Assembly (NCBI GenBank): GCA_041583775.1
Contig: JBFHFF010000002.1
Span: forward strand, 128,274-192,273
Reading direction: 5' to 3'
Source of the DNA: Candidatus Moraniibacteriota bacterium
Lineage (GTDB): Bacteria > Patescibacteriota > Minisyncoccia > Moranbacterales > DUUL01
DNA: 64,000 nt
Both the position numbers and the translations under genes were made by a program. Below, one piece after another: positions 49,102-58,798 of the stretch (its first letter is position 1; each line of letters begins with the position of its first letter). The notes under the pieces were generated by a model. The model was not told the origin of the DNA. It worked only from the letters and a program-made list of their open reading frames with translations, and did not search any database.

Positions 49102-50259
49102 ATGAAAATTGCGTTTTTTGCAAATTCTTATTTCCCTATAACATATGGCTCAACAATTTCCATTGAAAATTTTCGAGTTGGACTTGAAAAACTTGGACAC
49201 GAAGTGCATATTTTCGTGCCTCGTTTCTGGGGGTATAAATATGAAACAAAAAACATACACTTATATCCTTCGATAATGTTTGGCTATAAGATAAAATACC
49301 CAATTGCTATTTGTGGATTTTCAAATATGACAAAAAAAGTGAGTGAAATTGGATTTGACATAATTCATGCCCAACACCCATTTTCGGTTGGTTGTGATGC
49401 AATGAAAATTGCAAAAAAAGTTAATGTGCCACTTATTTTTACCCACCATGCTAAATACGAAGAATATACTCATTATGTCCCTCCAATTATTCCTCAAAAA
49501 ATTCTAAAAGCAATTGTTGGAAATAAAGTCACAAAATTTGCAAATAATTGTGATGTTTGTATTTCTCCTAGTCAAACAATTAAGGAATACATGCAAGAAA
49601 GAAATATTACAGCACCAATAGAAGTTTTGCCCACAGGAATAGAGTGGCATAAATTTCAAATGAATAATAATAAGGTGATTAAAGATGAATTAGGAATCAC
49701 AAATAAACAAAAAATCATCATATTTATAGGAAGAATAGAGGCTGAAAAAAATATTATATTTCTTATTGAAGAAGTTTTTCCAATTCTTAAAGAAAATAAG
49801 TTGGTGAAATTCCTTTTTGTTGGAGATGGTAGTTTAGTTGAAAAAATAAAAGAAAAAGCTCAGAAAGAAGGAGTTTTAAAGCAACTTATTTTTACCGGAA
49901 TTATTAGACAGGAAAAAATTGCTTATTTTTATTCAATAGCAGATATTTTTGTACATGCCTCATTAACAGAGACACAAGGAATGACGATTGCTGAAGCGAT
50001 GGCCACAGGGCTTCCAATTGTTGCAATTAAAGCACCGGGAGTTATTGATCAATTAGAAAATCAGAAAACAGGAATAATAATTTCTCAAAAAAAAGGTCTT
50101 TTTAAAAAAGAAATAGAAAAACTACTTATAGATAAAAAAAGATGTAAAGAGATCGGTGGTGCTGCAAAAGAAAAAGCTAAAGAATTTGATAATTCAATAA
50201 GAGTTAAGCAACTTGAAAATATTTATCAAAAAACAATTGAAAAAAGAAATTGTTTTTAG
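49102..50259 (+). CDS. Glycosyltransferase family 4 (diacylglycerol glucosyltransferase-like)
   Basis: DIIHAQHPF, FTHH, LPTGI, FIGRIEAEKN, ASLTETQGMTIAEAMATGLP. Confidence 0.9.
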   Translation: MKIAFFANSYFPITYGSTISIENFRVGLEKLGHEVHIFVPRFWGYKYETKNIHLYPSIMFGYKIKYPIAICGFSNMTKKVSEIGFDIIHAQHPFSVGCDAMKIAKKVNVPLIFTHHAKYEEYTHYVPPIIPQKILKAIVGNKVTKFANNCDVCISPSQTIKEYMQERNITAPIEVLPTGIEWHKFQMNNNKVIKDELGITNKQKIIIFIGRIEAEKNIIFLIEEVFPILKENKLVKFLFVGDGSLVEKIKEKAQKEGVLKQLIFTGIIRQEKIAYFYSIADIFVHASLTETQGMTIAEAMATGLPIVAIKAPGVIDQLENQKTGIIISQKKGLFKKEIEKLLIDKKRCKEIGGAAKEKAKEFDNSIRVKQLENIYQKTIEKRNCF

Positions 50260-51416
50260 CGAGTAACATTGGAAATGCAATGTAGACTGCCATTTTTTTT
50301 AAACAAAGTATCATCAAGAACGGGAATGGGAAGGTAGTTTAATTCAGAAAAAAGCTTAAATGCATAGAGAGCATTGCCTTGCAAATCATCTTTTTTAAAG
50401 GATGATTTTTTTAGGCTTAAATCTTTTAATTCATTGGGATATACGGGGAAAATAACACTATTTTTATTTGTTAGACTATTTCTAAAAGTTATAGCATTTA
50501 AAGAGGATATTGAACTTTCAACATCTTTTATAGAAATTGGAAGTAATATTGTTTTAAAGCCGAGAGCTTCTAATTGTTTTTTATATAATTTGTGCTGAGA
50601 AGTTGCTTCACTTTTTGGTGCATCAACAATAGAGTTTATTACAACAAGGTTGTTTTCAAGAAACAGAATTGATTGATCTAAGTGAATAAAATTTTCTCTC
50701 CTTCTTTTATCCCCTAAAACCACGATTTTGTAGTCAGGAAAAGTTTTTTGTATGAGTTTTTTTACTTGAAAATCAAAAAGATATTTATTTTTTAACCGGT
50801 ATAGATCTTGAGTTTTTTTAATTATTTCAAAATCAATAAAAATAAAGTCACCCACAGAATTTTTTGCTGATAGAATATTCCCCCCTTCAAAGAAAAATGG
50901 TGCTGTTAAGGAATTTTCCAATGATTTAAAAGATGAATTTCTTTGTTCTATGCGATTAAAAGAGGGTAATTTATTTGTTGTTGTTGGTAGTAGTAGATAT
51001 CTAGAGGATCCATTATTGACCGCTTCAAAATAATCCTGTGCCCATATTTCTAGATAATCATCAACAGAAAAATGATAATTTATTTCATTAGGTATTTCTA
51101 ATTTAGCAGTGAATTTTTCTAAAATATCCTGATTCTCTTTGTGAGTAAATATGTCAATTTTTGTGTATGAAGGAAGGTTTAATAAAAGATTAGCATAATT
51201 ATTATTTAATAAATCTAAAGTTTCTTTTTCCAAAGATGTTTTTTTGGGAATTGTTAAGGTTAATTCGCTCAAGGTTCTTTGATAATCGGGGATAATTGAA
51301 AGGTGAAGACTTTCTAGTGAATTATAAAATGGTTTATTTGTATTTAAAAAAAGGAACAACAAAAAAAGGCAAAACAAAAGTAAAAAAATAATTAATTTGA
51401 TTTTATTTGTAATCAT
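50256..51416 (-). CDS. Membrane-anchored pentein-fold (agmatine/peptidylarginine deiminase-like) protein
   Basis: N-terminal TM; WAQD, FEGGN, HLD and GSLHC motifs. Confidence 0.72.
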   Translation of the reverse strand: MITNKIKLIIFLLLFCLFLLFLFLNTNKPFYNSLESLHLSIIPDYQRTLSELTLTIPKKTSLEKETLDLLNNNYANLLLNLPSYTKIDIFTHKENQDILEKFTAKLEIPNEINYHFSVDDYLEIWAQDYFEAVNNGSSRYLLLPTTTNKLPSFNRIEQRNSSFKSLENSLTAPFFFEGGNILSAKNSVGDFIFIDFEIIKKTQDLYRLKNKYLFDFQVKKLIQKTFPDYKIVVLGDKRRRENFIHLDQSILFLENNLVVINSIVDAPKSEATSQHKLYKKQLEALGFKTILLPISIKDVESSISSLNAITFRNSLTNKNSVIFPVYPNELKDLSLKKSSFKKDDLQGNALYAFKLFSELNYLPIPVLDDTLFKKNGSLHCISNVTR

Positions 51417-53536
51417 TCACAGTGAAATGAGGAGGTTAATTTATCTAATTTTTTTCTCAACAAAGGAAAGGATTCTAAAGAATAATCATTACCTAAAAGA
51501 TCTTGAGCACTTGTTCTTGATAGTCGGATTAATTTTACATCAGTTAATGATTCCATTGCAATGTCTGGTGAGCCAGATTGTGCAAGACCCATAAACTGAC
51601 CAGGCCCCCGAATTTGCATATCCTCTTTTGCTATCAAAAAACCGTCATTGGTTTTTTCCATAACACTTAGGCGTTTCGTTGAAGTAGGGGTGTTTTCTGA
51701 TGTGATTAAAAAACAATATGATTGATGCTTGCCACGACCAACCCTTCCTCTAAATTGATGAAGTTGTGCGAGTCCGAAGCGTTCAGCCCCTTCTATAACC
51801 ATTACCGAGGCATTTGGAATATCAATACCGACCTCAACAACAGAGGTAGCCACCAAAATATCAATTTTTTTATTTTTAAAATCTTCCATCACATCCTCTT
51901 TATCTTTAGCCTTCATTTTACCATGTAAAAGACCGAGTTTGAATTGTGAAAAAGGTCCTTTTTTTAATTTTTTAATTTCGTCGGTTGCTGCTTTAACTTG
52001 AGAAATTTTCGAAGACTCTTCTACTAAAGGATAGATTAAGAAAATTTGTCTACCTTTTTTAATTTCTTGTTTAATAAAAAGATAAACTCTTTCTCGATTT
52101 TTAGAATTTATAACTTTTGTTATAATTCTTTTTCTTCCTTTTGGATATTCATCAATAATAGAAAGATCAAGATTTCCAAAAAGTGCTAAAGAAAGTGTTC
52201 TTGGGATGGGGGTGGCGGTCATTGTTAAGAGATGTGGTGTTTTTGTAGAAACACCATCCTTAATTTTCAATGCCTCTTGTTGGAGATAGGCTCTTTGTTT
52301 GACTCCAAAACGATGTTGTTCGTCAATCCCAATTAATGCAAGTTTTTTAAAAGAGACACTATCTTGCAAAAGGGCATGTGTTCCAACAACAAAATCTATT
52401 TCTCCAGAAGAAAGAGCTTTTTTAATGGTTTTTTTATCTACATCTTTTTCATTAAGTTTGCTTTGAGTACCGCTGAGAAGAGCGCCCTTATAAGAGAGTT
52501 TTTTGAATAAAGTAGAAATTTCTTTATAATGTTGGATTGCTAAAACTTCTGTGGGCGCAAGAAAGGCGGCTTGAAAATTATTTGAAATGGCAGAAAGAAT
52601 TGCTAGAGCAGCGACAACAGTTTTTCCACTCCCAACATCACCCTCCAAAAGCCTGTTCATAGGAGTATTTTTTTCTAAATCACGAATGATTTGCCAGGCA
52701 GATTTTTTTTGAGCATCAGTTAGTGTAAAAGGCAATGAAGTTACAAATTTTTTAATGAGTTTTTGTTTGAACCTCACTTTAAGTGCCTTATTTTTATCCC
52801 AAGTCGCTTTTATTGATAGAGATTTTAATTGAAAAAGAAACATTTTTTCAAAAGCTAAGCGTTTCTTTGCTAAAAAACTTTCTTCAATGGTTTCTGGAAA
52901 ATGAATACCCCAAAGTGCATCCTCTAATGAGGGCAAGTTGCATTCATTGAGAATTTTTGTGGGAAGAAATTCTTCAATCTGAACAATATCGATAATTTGT
53001 TTAATAGTTTTTCTTAACCAGAAAGAAGACAATCCTTTTGTTTCAGGATAAATTGGAATAAGTGAGCCAGTAGAAATGGAGTTTGAATTAAAGGGGTCAG
53101 AAGAATAAACAGCTTCTTTTGAAATTAATTCGAAGTTAGGGTGTTGAAACTGGAGCTCATTTGTTTTTGAAAGACTTGTTTTCCCACTTATTTGAATCAA
53201 ACGGCCCTTTGTTGCGTATTTTAAAGGACCAGCTAAATTAAACCAAACAGACTTCACCAAACCAGTTTCATCTTTTATGTACATTTCCGTAATGGACATT
53301 CTTTTTCTCATTGCTCGCTTAGTATTTATTTCTGTAACCTCACCTCTTATTGTTACAGTCTCTCCAATTCCAAGTTGGGAAATGGTTTTAAATTGAGAAA
53401 AATCTTCGTATCTAGAGGGAAAATGATATAATAAATCACCAACAGTTAAGATGTTAAGGTTTGAAAGTTTCTGTCGCCAAACAGCAGAAATAAAAGGAAT
53501 TTTTTCTATAGAAGTCAGAAAAGATAAGCTTGGCAT
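51413..53536 (-). CDS. recG: ATP-dependent DNA helicase RecG
   Basis: DLLYHFPSRYED, PMNRLLEGDVGSGKT, DEQHRFGVKQR, MTATPIPRTL, AERFGLAQLHQFRGRVGRG. Confidence 0.97.
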   Translation of the reverse strand: MPSLSFLTSIEKIPFISAVWRQKLSNLNILTVGDLLYHFPSRYEDFSQFKTISQLGIGETVTIRGEVTEINTKRAMRKRMSITEMYIKDETGLVKSVWFNLAGPLKYATKGRLIQISGKTSLSKTNELQFQHPNFELISKEAVYSSDPFNSNSISTGSLIPIYPETKGLSSFWLRKTIKQIIDIVQIEEFLPTKILNECNLPSLEDALWGIHFPETIEESFLAKKRLAFEKMFLFQLKSLSIKATWDKNKALKVRFKQKLIKKFVTSLPFTLTDAQKKSAWQIIRDLEKNTPMNRLLEGDVGSGKTVVAALAILSAISNNFQAAFLAPTEVLAIQHYKEISTLFKKLSYKGALLSGTQSKLNEKDVDKKTIKKALSSGEIDFVVGTHALLQDSVSFKKLALIGIDEQHRFGVKQRAYLQQEALKIKDGVSTKTPHLLTMTATPIPRTLSLALFGNLDLSIIDEYPKGRKRIITKVINSKNRERVYLFIKQEIKKGRQIFLIYPLVEESSKISQVKAATDEIKKLKKGPFSQFKLGLLHGKMKAKDKEDVMEDFKNKKIDILVATSVVEVGIDIPNASVMVIEGAERFGLAQLHQFRGRVGRGKHQSYCFLITSENTPTSTKRLSVMEKTNDGFLIAKEDMQIRGPGQFMGLAQSGSPDIAMESLTDVKLIRLSRTSAQDLLGNDYSLESFPLLRKKLDKLTSSFHCE

Positions 53537-53566
53537 ATTCCGTGTTTAAAAACAGATGAAAAAATG

Positions 53567-53640
53567 TGTCCTTGGCAGGATTTGAACCTACGACCTTTGG
53601 TTCCGCAAACCAATGCTCTATCCAACTGAGCTACAAGGAC
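53567..53640 (-). tRNA. tRNA-Arg(GCG)
   Basis: Reverse complement GTCCTTGTAGCTCAGTTGGATAGAGCATTGGT-TT GCG GA-ACCAA...GGTTCAAATCC...CAAGGACA. Confidence 0.93.
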
Positions 53641-53711
53641 AATGATTATAAAAAGGATACTATTTCATTAAATCCTGAAATGGCACCCTTTGTCAAATAA
53701 GAGAGAACTTT

Positions 53712-54347
53712 TTAAAACAACACTTCCAACGAATCGATGAGAGAATCCTCGTGCTCCACCTCTGGAAGAAAAGAAATTAAGACCTTTCTTAAGATGGCAG
53801 GGTCAACATCACCCAAAGGAATGTTGATATACGGAATAAAACTCTTTGCACTTTTTAGAGAAAGATCTTTCTTGCCGCCCGGTTCATAGAATATCCAAAA
53901 ATTTTCCAACGAAGAAAATTTATAAAGTCTATCTTGAGCAATAACACCTTCCGTTGTAACGCTAAAATTAAAGGATTGTGCTTCTTTTTTTTCAAAAAGA
54001 TATAGAATTAAGCCAATTAAAATTGCTAAAATTGCTAGAGGAAAATTATCAGAAAAAAGACCGAGAGCCACAAGAGAGACTAGGGTAATAAAAACAATGA
54101 TATACCAAATTTTTGATTTAGGAGTACTTACAAAGGAGGTTGCTTTCCAAGAGAGTATAGTTTTGTTGCGAGCAAGAGGATTTGTGGGCGTGTTATTGTC
54201 GGAAGCAACTGAAGAAAGTTTCTCTTGTCTGGGTTTTTGAGCTTGTATTTTATGCTTGATTCCAAAAACCTGTTCTTGAGAATTTTTTGAATCACCAAGA
54301 TTCTTTTTTAGAAAAGACGAGGCAGAGTTATTATTATTTGTTTCCAT
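53712..54347 (-). CDS. Conserved hypothetical membrane protein (2 TM plus PH-like C-terminus)
   Basis: ILSWKA...KSKIWY, two TM helices, FSVTTEGV, LENFWIFYEP; start taken at METNNN. Confidence 0.75.
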   Translation of the reverse strand: METNNNNSASSFLKKNLGDSKNSQEQVFGIKHKIQAQKPRQEKLSSVASDNNTPTNPLARNKTILSWKATSFVSTPKSKIWYIIVFITLVSLVALGLFSDNFPLAILAILIGLILYLFEKKEAQSFNFSVTTEGVIAQDRLYKFSSLENFWIFYEPGGKKDLSLKSAKSFIPYINIPLGDVDPAILRKVLISFLPEVEHEDSLIDSLEVLF

Positions 54348-54451
54348 TTTGTTTTTTAGTTTGAATACTGTGTTTATAAGTATAACATTTAAAGGAAAAA
54401 ACTCAAAAGAATTAAATATGTTCAATTAAAAGGTTATAAACTTTTAACAAA

Positions 54452-54486
54452 AGTCAACTTGACGAGAGCTTGTTTTTTGCTAGACT
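54452..54486. promoter_or_regulatory. Back-to-back divergent sigma70 promoters
   Basis: AGTCAA-c-TTGACG gives a -35 box on each strand; plus-strand -10 TG-c-TAGACT at 54481-54486. Confidence 0.55.
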
Positions 54487-54603
54487 TAAGGCATAAGTGC
54501 TTTCAAAGCGCATTTATAGAACATTAAAAATTAAATTTTGAATATAAGACAAATGTAAGTTTGTTTTATATCTCAATAAATTCTAGAAAGGAAGGTGAAA
54601 AAT

Positions 54604-55275
54604 ATGAGCGAAATCCCAGAAATACAAGAAGATCTAGGAGTAGGAGGGAGAGCTAAAAATTGGTTTCAGGATAACATTCGAATCATTCTTTCCGTATTGA
54701 TTGTTGTTGCTATTGCAGCAGGAATTTATTCTTATTCTAAAAGAACTGATGAGGAATTAGTTCAGGAAGATGTTATGATAGAGGAGATGAATGAGGAGAT
54801 TGCAGCAATGGAGGAAGAGAATTCTCCGGTAACAATCATCGGTGAAGATGAAGAAACGGATAATTCAGAAGAAGCGGAAACTGAGGAAGTTGAAGCACAA
54901 CCAGAAGTTGAAGAAGTTAAAGTTACTCCAACAGAAACAACAGAAACTGTAGAAACAGAAGCTGTTGTAAGTGAAGAATCAGAGGAATCATTTATTGAAA
55001 CCGCAGCTGCTGGAGATAGTCAAACAACTCTTGCCCGTAAGGCCTTAAGGAATTATTTAGAAAAAAACAATGATTCAAGCTTAACAGCAGAACATAAGAT
55101 TTATATCGAAGATTATCTTCGAAAAAATATTTCTTTTGTTGGTACTGTGCATCCTGGTACAGAAATTAGTTTTTCTAAAAATCTTATCAAAGATTCAATT
55201 GAAAAATCTAAAACTTTGTCCGAAAATCAGCTAAAGAATCTTGAAAAATATTCAAAAAGAGTGTCAAATATTTAA
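54604..55275 (+). CDS. Membrane-anchored protein with acidic linker and possible LysM-like C-terminal domain
   Basis: Strong SD GAAAGGAAGGTG, one TM helix, E-rich linker, AAAGDSQTTLARKAL...VHPGTEISF. Confidence 0.75.
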   Translation: MSEIPEIQEDLGVGGRAKNWFQDNIRIILSVLIVVAIAAGIYSYSKRTDEELVQEDVMIEEMNEEIAAMEEENSPVTIIGEDEETDNSEEAETEEVEAQPEVEEVKVTPTETTETVETEAVVSEESEESFIETAAAGDSQTTLARKALRNYLEKNNDSSLTAEHKIYIEDYLRKNISFVGTVHPGTEISFSKNLIKDSIEKSKTLSENQLKNLEKYSKRVSNI

Positions 55276-55398
55276 TTCGTTGATAAAGGTAAATATTGTT
55301 GATTAACGAATGTACATTAAGTTAATTGTTTCATGTCTGAAAGTTTGATACAAAAAAAATACAAAAATACAAAGAAGTTCTTTTAGACATGAAGTTCT

Positions 55399-55444
55399 TA
55401 TATAACAAAAAACCCCGGCAACGCCCGGGGTTTTTTGTTATATG
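55399..55444 (+). terminator. Strong intrinsic terminator
   Basis: ATATAACAAAAAACCCCGG-caacgc-CCGGGGTTTTTTGTTATAT. Confidence 0.85.
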
Positions 55445-55457
55445 TAAAAAAGAATTC

Positions 55458-55486
55458 TTGCTAAAACAGTAAATTAATGATAAAAT
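55458..55486 (+). promoter_or_regulatory. Sigma70-type promoter of uvrA
   Basis: TTGCTA-17nt-TAAAAT with extended -10 TG. Confidence 0.55.
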
Positions 55487-55514
55487 GTACTGACCAAATT
55501 TAAAAAAACAACAA

Positions 55515-58391
55515 ATGAGTCAAGATGTAATTTATATAAAAGGTGCCAGAGAGCACAACCTGAAAAACATCAACCTTGAGTTACCAAGGGATAAATTTAT
55601 TGTTTTTACAGGGTTGTCTGGAAGCGGAAAGTCAACTCTGGCTTTTGATACAATTTTTGCTGAAGGACAAAGGCGCTATTTAGAGAGTTTATCTAGCTAT
55701 GCCAGACAATTTCTAGGGCAAATGGATAAGCCGGATGTGGATTATATTGAAGGACTTTCGCCTGCAATTTCAATTGATCAAAAAACAGCATCGCATAATC
55801 CTCGTTCAACGGTTGGAACAGTAACAGAGATACATGATTATTTGCGTTTGTTATATGCAAAAATAGGACTACCCCATTGTCCTGTTTGTGGAAAGGAAAT
55901 TTCCAAACTTTCAGTTGATGAAATCGTTGAAAAAATAACTGATTTACCAGAAAATGGGGAAAAAAAATCAAAAATTCAAATTTTAGCACCAATAATAAGG
56001 GAGAGAAAAGGTGAATATAATACTTTGTTAAAGGAAATGTTTCAGCAGGGATTTTCTTATGCCACAGTGGATAATAAGAATGTGAATCTTTTAAATTGGA
56101 AAGAATTGAAGCTAGATAAACAAAAAAAGCACTCAATTAATATTATAATCGATGAAGTAGAGATTACAGCGGATAATCTTAGCAGAATTTACGAAGGAAT
56201 AGAAACTTCTTTGAAAATGGCAGAAGGCTTAGTGAAGATAAAGACGGATAAGCAAGAAAAAGTTTTTAATCAAAGACTTTCTTGTCCAGATCATGAGATT
56301 GAATTTCCTCCTTTAGAACCAAGACTTTTTTCTTTTAATTCACCTTTCGGTGCTTGTGTTGAGTGTGAGGGATTGGGTTTAAAAAAAGAAATTGATAGAA
56401 ATTTGGTGATGCCAGATCAAAACAAAACAATTACTGAAGGTGGTTTTGTTCCTTGGAGTTATAAGAAAAATAATTATTACGGAGCTTTGTTTAATGCTAT
56501 TTGTAAGGAGTTTGGGATTTCACAAAACACTAGAATTAAAGACCTTACATCAAGTGATCGGAAAATAATTCTAGAGGGGCCAGGAAATGAATATGACAAT
56601 AATATTACAATTCAGTATAAATTTAAATCGAGTGCTGGTTATTACAAAATCAAATGGAATGGAATAGTTGATCATTTGATTCAAAGATATTATAAAACCC
56701 AATCAGACGCAGTTAGAAGGGAGATTGAAAAGTATATGAGCAACAAGCCATGTCCGGTTTGTAAAGGTACAAGATTTAACAAAGAAGCCCTATTGGTTAC
56801 TGTTGGGGGAAAAAACATTGCTGAAATTTCTAGTTTATCAGTAAAAAAGTCCATAGAGTTTGTTGATAAGCTTAAACTTACCAAAAGGGAGCAACTCATT
56901 TCTGATAAAATTTTAAAAGAAGTGAAAAATCGTTTAAGTTTTTTGGCTAATGTTGGTTTGGAATATTTAACGCTTTCTAGGACGGCGAATACTATTTCTG
57001 GGGGAGAGGCGCAACGAATCAGATTGGCTTCACAAATTGGATCAGGATTAGTGGGTGTTTTGTATATTTTAGATGAACCATCGATTGGTTTGCATGCCAG
57101 AGATAATACCAAGCTTTTGAAAATGTTGATAAAGTTAAGGGAGCTTGGAAACACAGTAATTGTGATCGAACATGACGAAGAGACTATTAGGAATGCTGAG
57201 TTTATTGTGGACATTGGTCCGGGAGCAGGTTTACACGGAGGAGAGATTACTTTCGCAGGAACAGTTGAAAAAATGTTAAAAGATGAGGAATCAGTTACTG
57301 CGGGTTATCTAAATGGAACCAGAGCAATAGAAACACCAAAAGAAAGAAGAAAGGCAACGAGTAAAAAAATGCTTTCTGTTCGCGGGGCAAATGAACATAA
57401 CTTAAAAAGTGTTAATGTTGAATTTCCAACAAGAGTAATGACTTGTGTGACAGGAGTTTCTGGAAGTGGAAAATCAACTTTAGTAGAAGATATTTTATAC
57501 AAATGGATGTCAAATCGTTTGCAAAGAAGTATGCATGTTCCAGGAAAAGTAAAGGAAATTTTAGGATATCATCATGTCAATAAAGTCATTATGATTGACC
57601 AAAGTCCCATTGGAAGAACGCCAAGATCGAATCCAGCAACATATACAGGCGCTTTTACACCAATCAGAAAACTCTTCGAGAAAACTTCAGGTGCAAAAGA
57701 AAGGGGTTATGCAATGGGAAGATTTTCTTTTAATGTTGCTGGTGGAAGATGTGAAAATTGCAAAGGAGATGGGCAATTGAAGGTGGAGATGCAATTTATG
57801 CCAGATGTGTATCTGCCTTGCGATGTATGCGATGGGAGGAGATATAACAAAGAAACACTTAAAGTTAAATATAAAGGAAAAACAATTGCAGATGTCTTGG
57901 AGATGACAGTAAATCAAGCAGTTGATTTTTTTGAAAATTTTCCTGAAATACACAATAAATTTAAAACGATGCAAGATGTTGGGCTTGGATATATAACAGT
58001 TGGTCAAAGTGCAACAACTCTTTCTGGAGGCGAGGCACAAAGAATTAAACTCGCAACAGAGTTATCTAAAAGAAACACAGGGAACACTCTCTATATACTT
58101 GATGAACCAACAACGGGACTGCACTTTGAAGATGTAAAAAAATTACTAGAAGTACTAAACAGATTAACGGACCTAGGTAACACAGTTGTTATTATTGAAC
58201 ACAACATGGATGTGATTCGTTGTGCTGATTGGATTATTGATCTTGGACCAGAAGGTGGAGATGGTGGAGGAAGAGTGGTGGCTGCTGGAACGCCAGAACA
58301 AGTCGCAAAGCTGGGGGAAGTTAGTTATACAGGAAAATATTTGAAAAAGGCTTTTGAATTGGAGGAGCAAAGAAAAAAGGCGATCCAATAA
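55515..58391 (+). CDS. uvrA: Excinuclease ABC subunit A
   Basis: GAREHNLKNI, GLSGSGKST, AEGQRRYLESLSSYARQFL, SGGEAQRIRLA, LDEPSIGLH, second NBD GVSGSGKST, LDEPTTGLH. Confidence 0.97.
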   Translation: MSQDVIYIKGAREHNLKNINLELPRDKFIVFTGLSGSGKSTLAFDTIFAEGQRRYLESLSSYARQFLGQMDKPDVDYIEGLSPAISIDQKTASHNPRSTVGTVTEIHDYLRLLYAKIGLPHCPVCGKEISKLSVDEIVEKITDLPENGEKKSKIQILAPIIRERKGEYNTLLKEMFQQGFSYATVDNKNVNLLNWKELKLDKQKKHSINIIIDEVEITADNLSRIYEGIETSLKMAEGLVKIKTDKQEKVFNQRLSCPDHEIEFPPLEPRLFSFNSPFGACVECEGLGLKKEIDRNLVMPDQNKTITEGGFVPWSYKKNNYYGALFNAICKEFGISQNTRIKDLTSSDRKIILEGPGNEYDNNITIQYKFKSSAGYYKIKWNGIVDHLIQRYYKTQSDAVRREIEKYMSNKPCPVCKGTRFNKEALLVTVGGKNIAEISSLSVKKSIEFVDKLKLTKREQLISDKILKEVKNRLSFLANVGLEYLTLSRTANTISGGEAQRIRLASQIGSGLVGVLYILDEPSIGLHARDNTKLLKMLIKLRELGNTVIVIEHDEETIRNAEFIVDIGPGAGLHGGEITFAGTVEKMLKDEESVTAGYLNGTRAIETPKERRKATSKKMLSVRGANEHNLKSVNVEFPTRVMTCVTGVSGSGKSTLVEDILYKWMSNRLQRSMHVPGKVKEILGYHHVNKVIMIDQSPIGRTPRSNPATYTGAFTPIRKLFEKTSGAKERGYAMGRFSFNVAGGRCENCKGDGQLKVEMQFMPDVYLPCDVCDGRRYNKETLKVKYKGKTIADVLEMTVNQAVDFFENFPEIHNKFKTMQDVGLGYITVGQSATTLSGGEAQRIKLATELSKRNTGNTLYILDEPTTGLHFEDVKKLLEVLNRLTDLGNTVVIIEHNMDVIRCADWIIDLGPEGGDGGGRVVAAGTPEQVAKLGEVSYTGKYLKKAFELEEQRKKAIQ

Positions 58392-58431
58392 TATTAATGG
58401 AAAGCCTTTTGTTTTGATATCGCCCGATTTT

Positions 58432-58695
58432 TTATTGGGTGATATCTAAAGGGAATGGGCTTTCGAAAAGTTCAAAAGTCCCAACAAAATGATTCAATAA
58501 AGGGAATTTGTCGCTAATAACCAGAATGTCATTTTTTACAGAAGCGACAATTCTTTCCCCTTGGTACAAAATACCTTTTTTTATCTGCAGCTGCAGAAGC
58601 ACCAAAAGGGGGTTTTCTTCAAACAGAAGCACTAAAAGATTTTCTATATTGCTCGGGATTCCTCTCCTGACTCTTACGGCAATAAAATTTTCCAT
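58432..58695 (-). CDS. Small orphan protein (87 aa) with its own promoter
   Basis: SD AAGGAG then MENFIAVRVRRG; minus-strand promoter TTGACG-17nt-TATATT starting at 58764. Confidence 0.55.
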   Translation of the reverse strand: MENFIAVRVRRGIPSNIENLLVLLFEENPLLVLLQLQIKKGILYQGERIVASVKNDILVISDKFPLLNHFVGTFELFESPFPLDITQ

Positions 58696-58798
58696 AGAGC
58701 TCTCCTTATTAGACGCTTGAGATTTTTTTATTTTTAATATAGAACAAATATAAAAAAGCGTCAATTAGTTTCAAGGAGAATAATTAAACAAAAGATAA

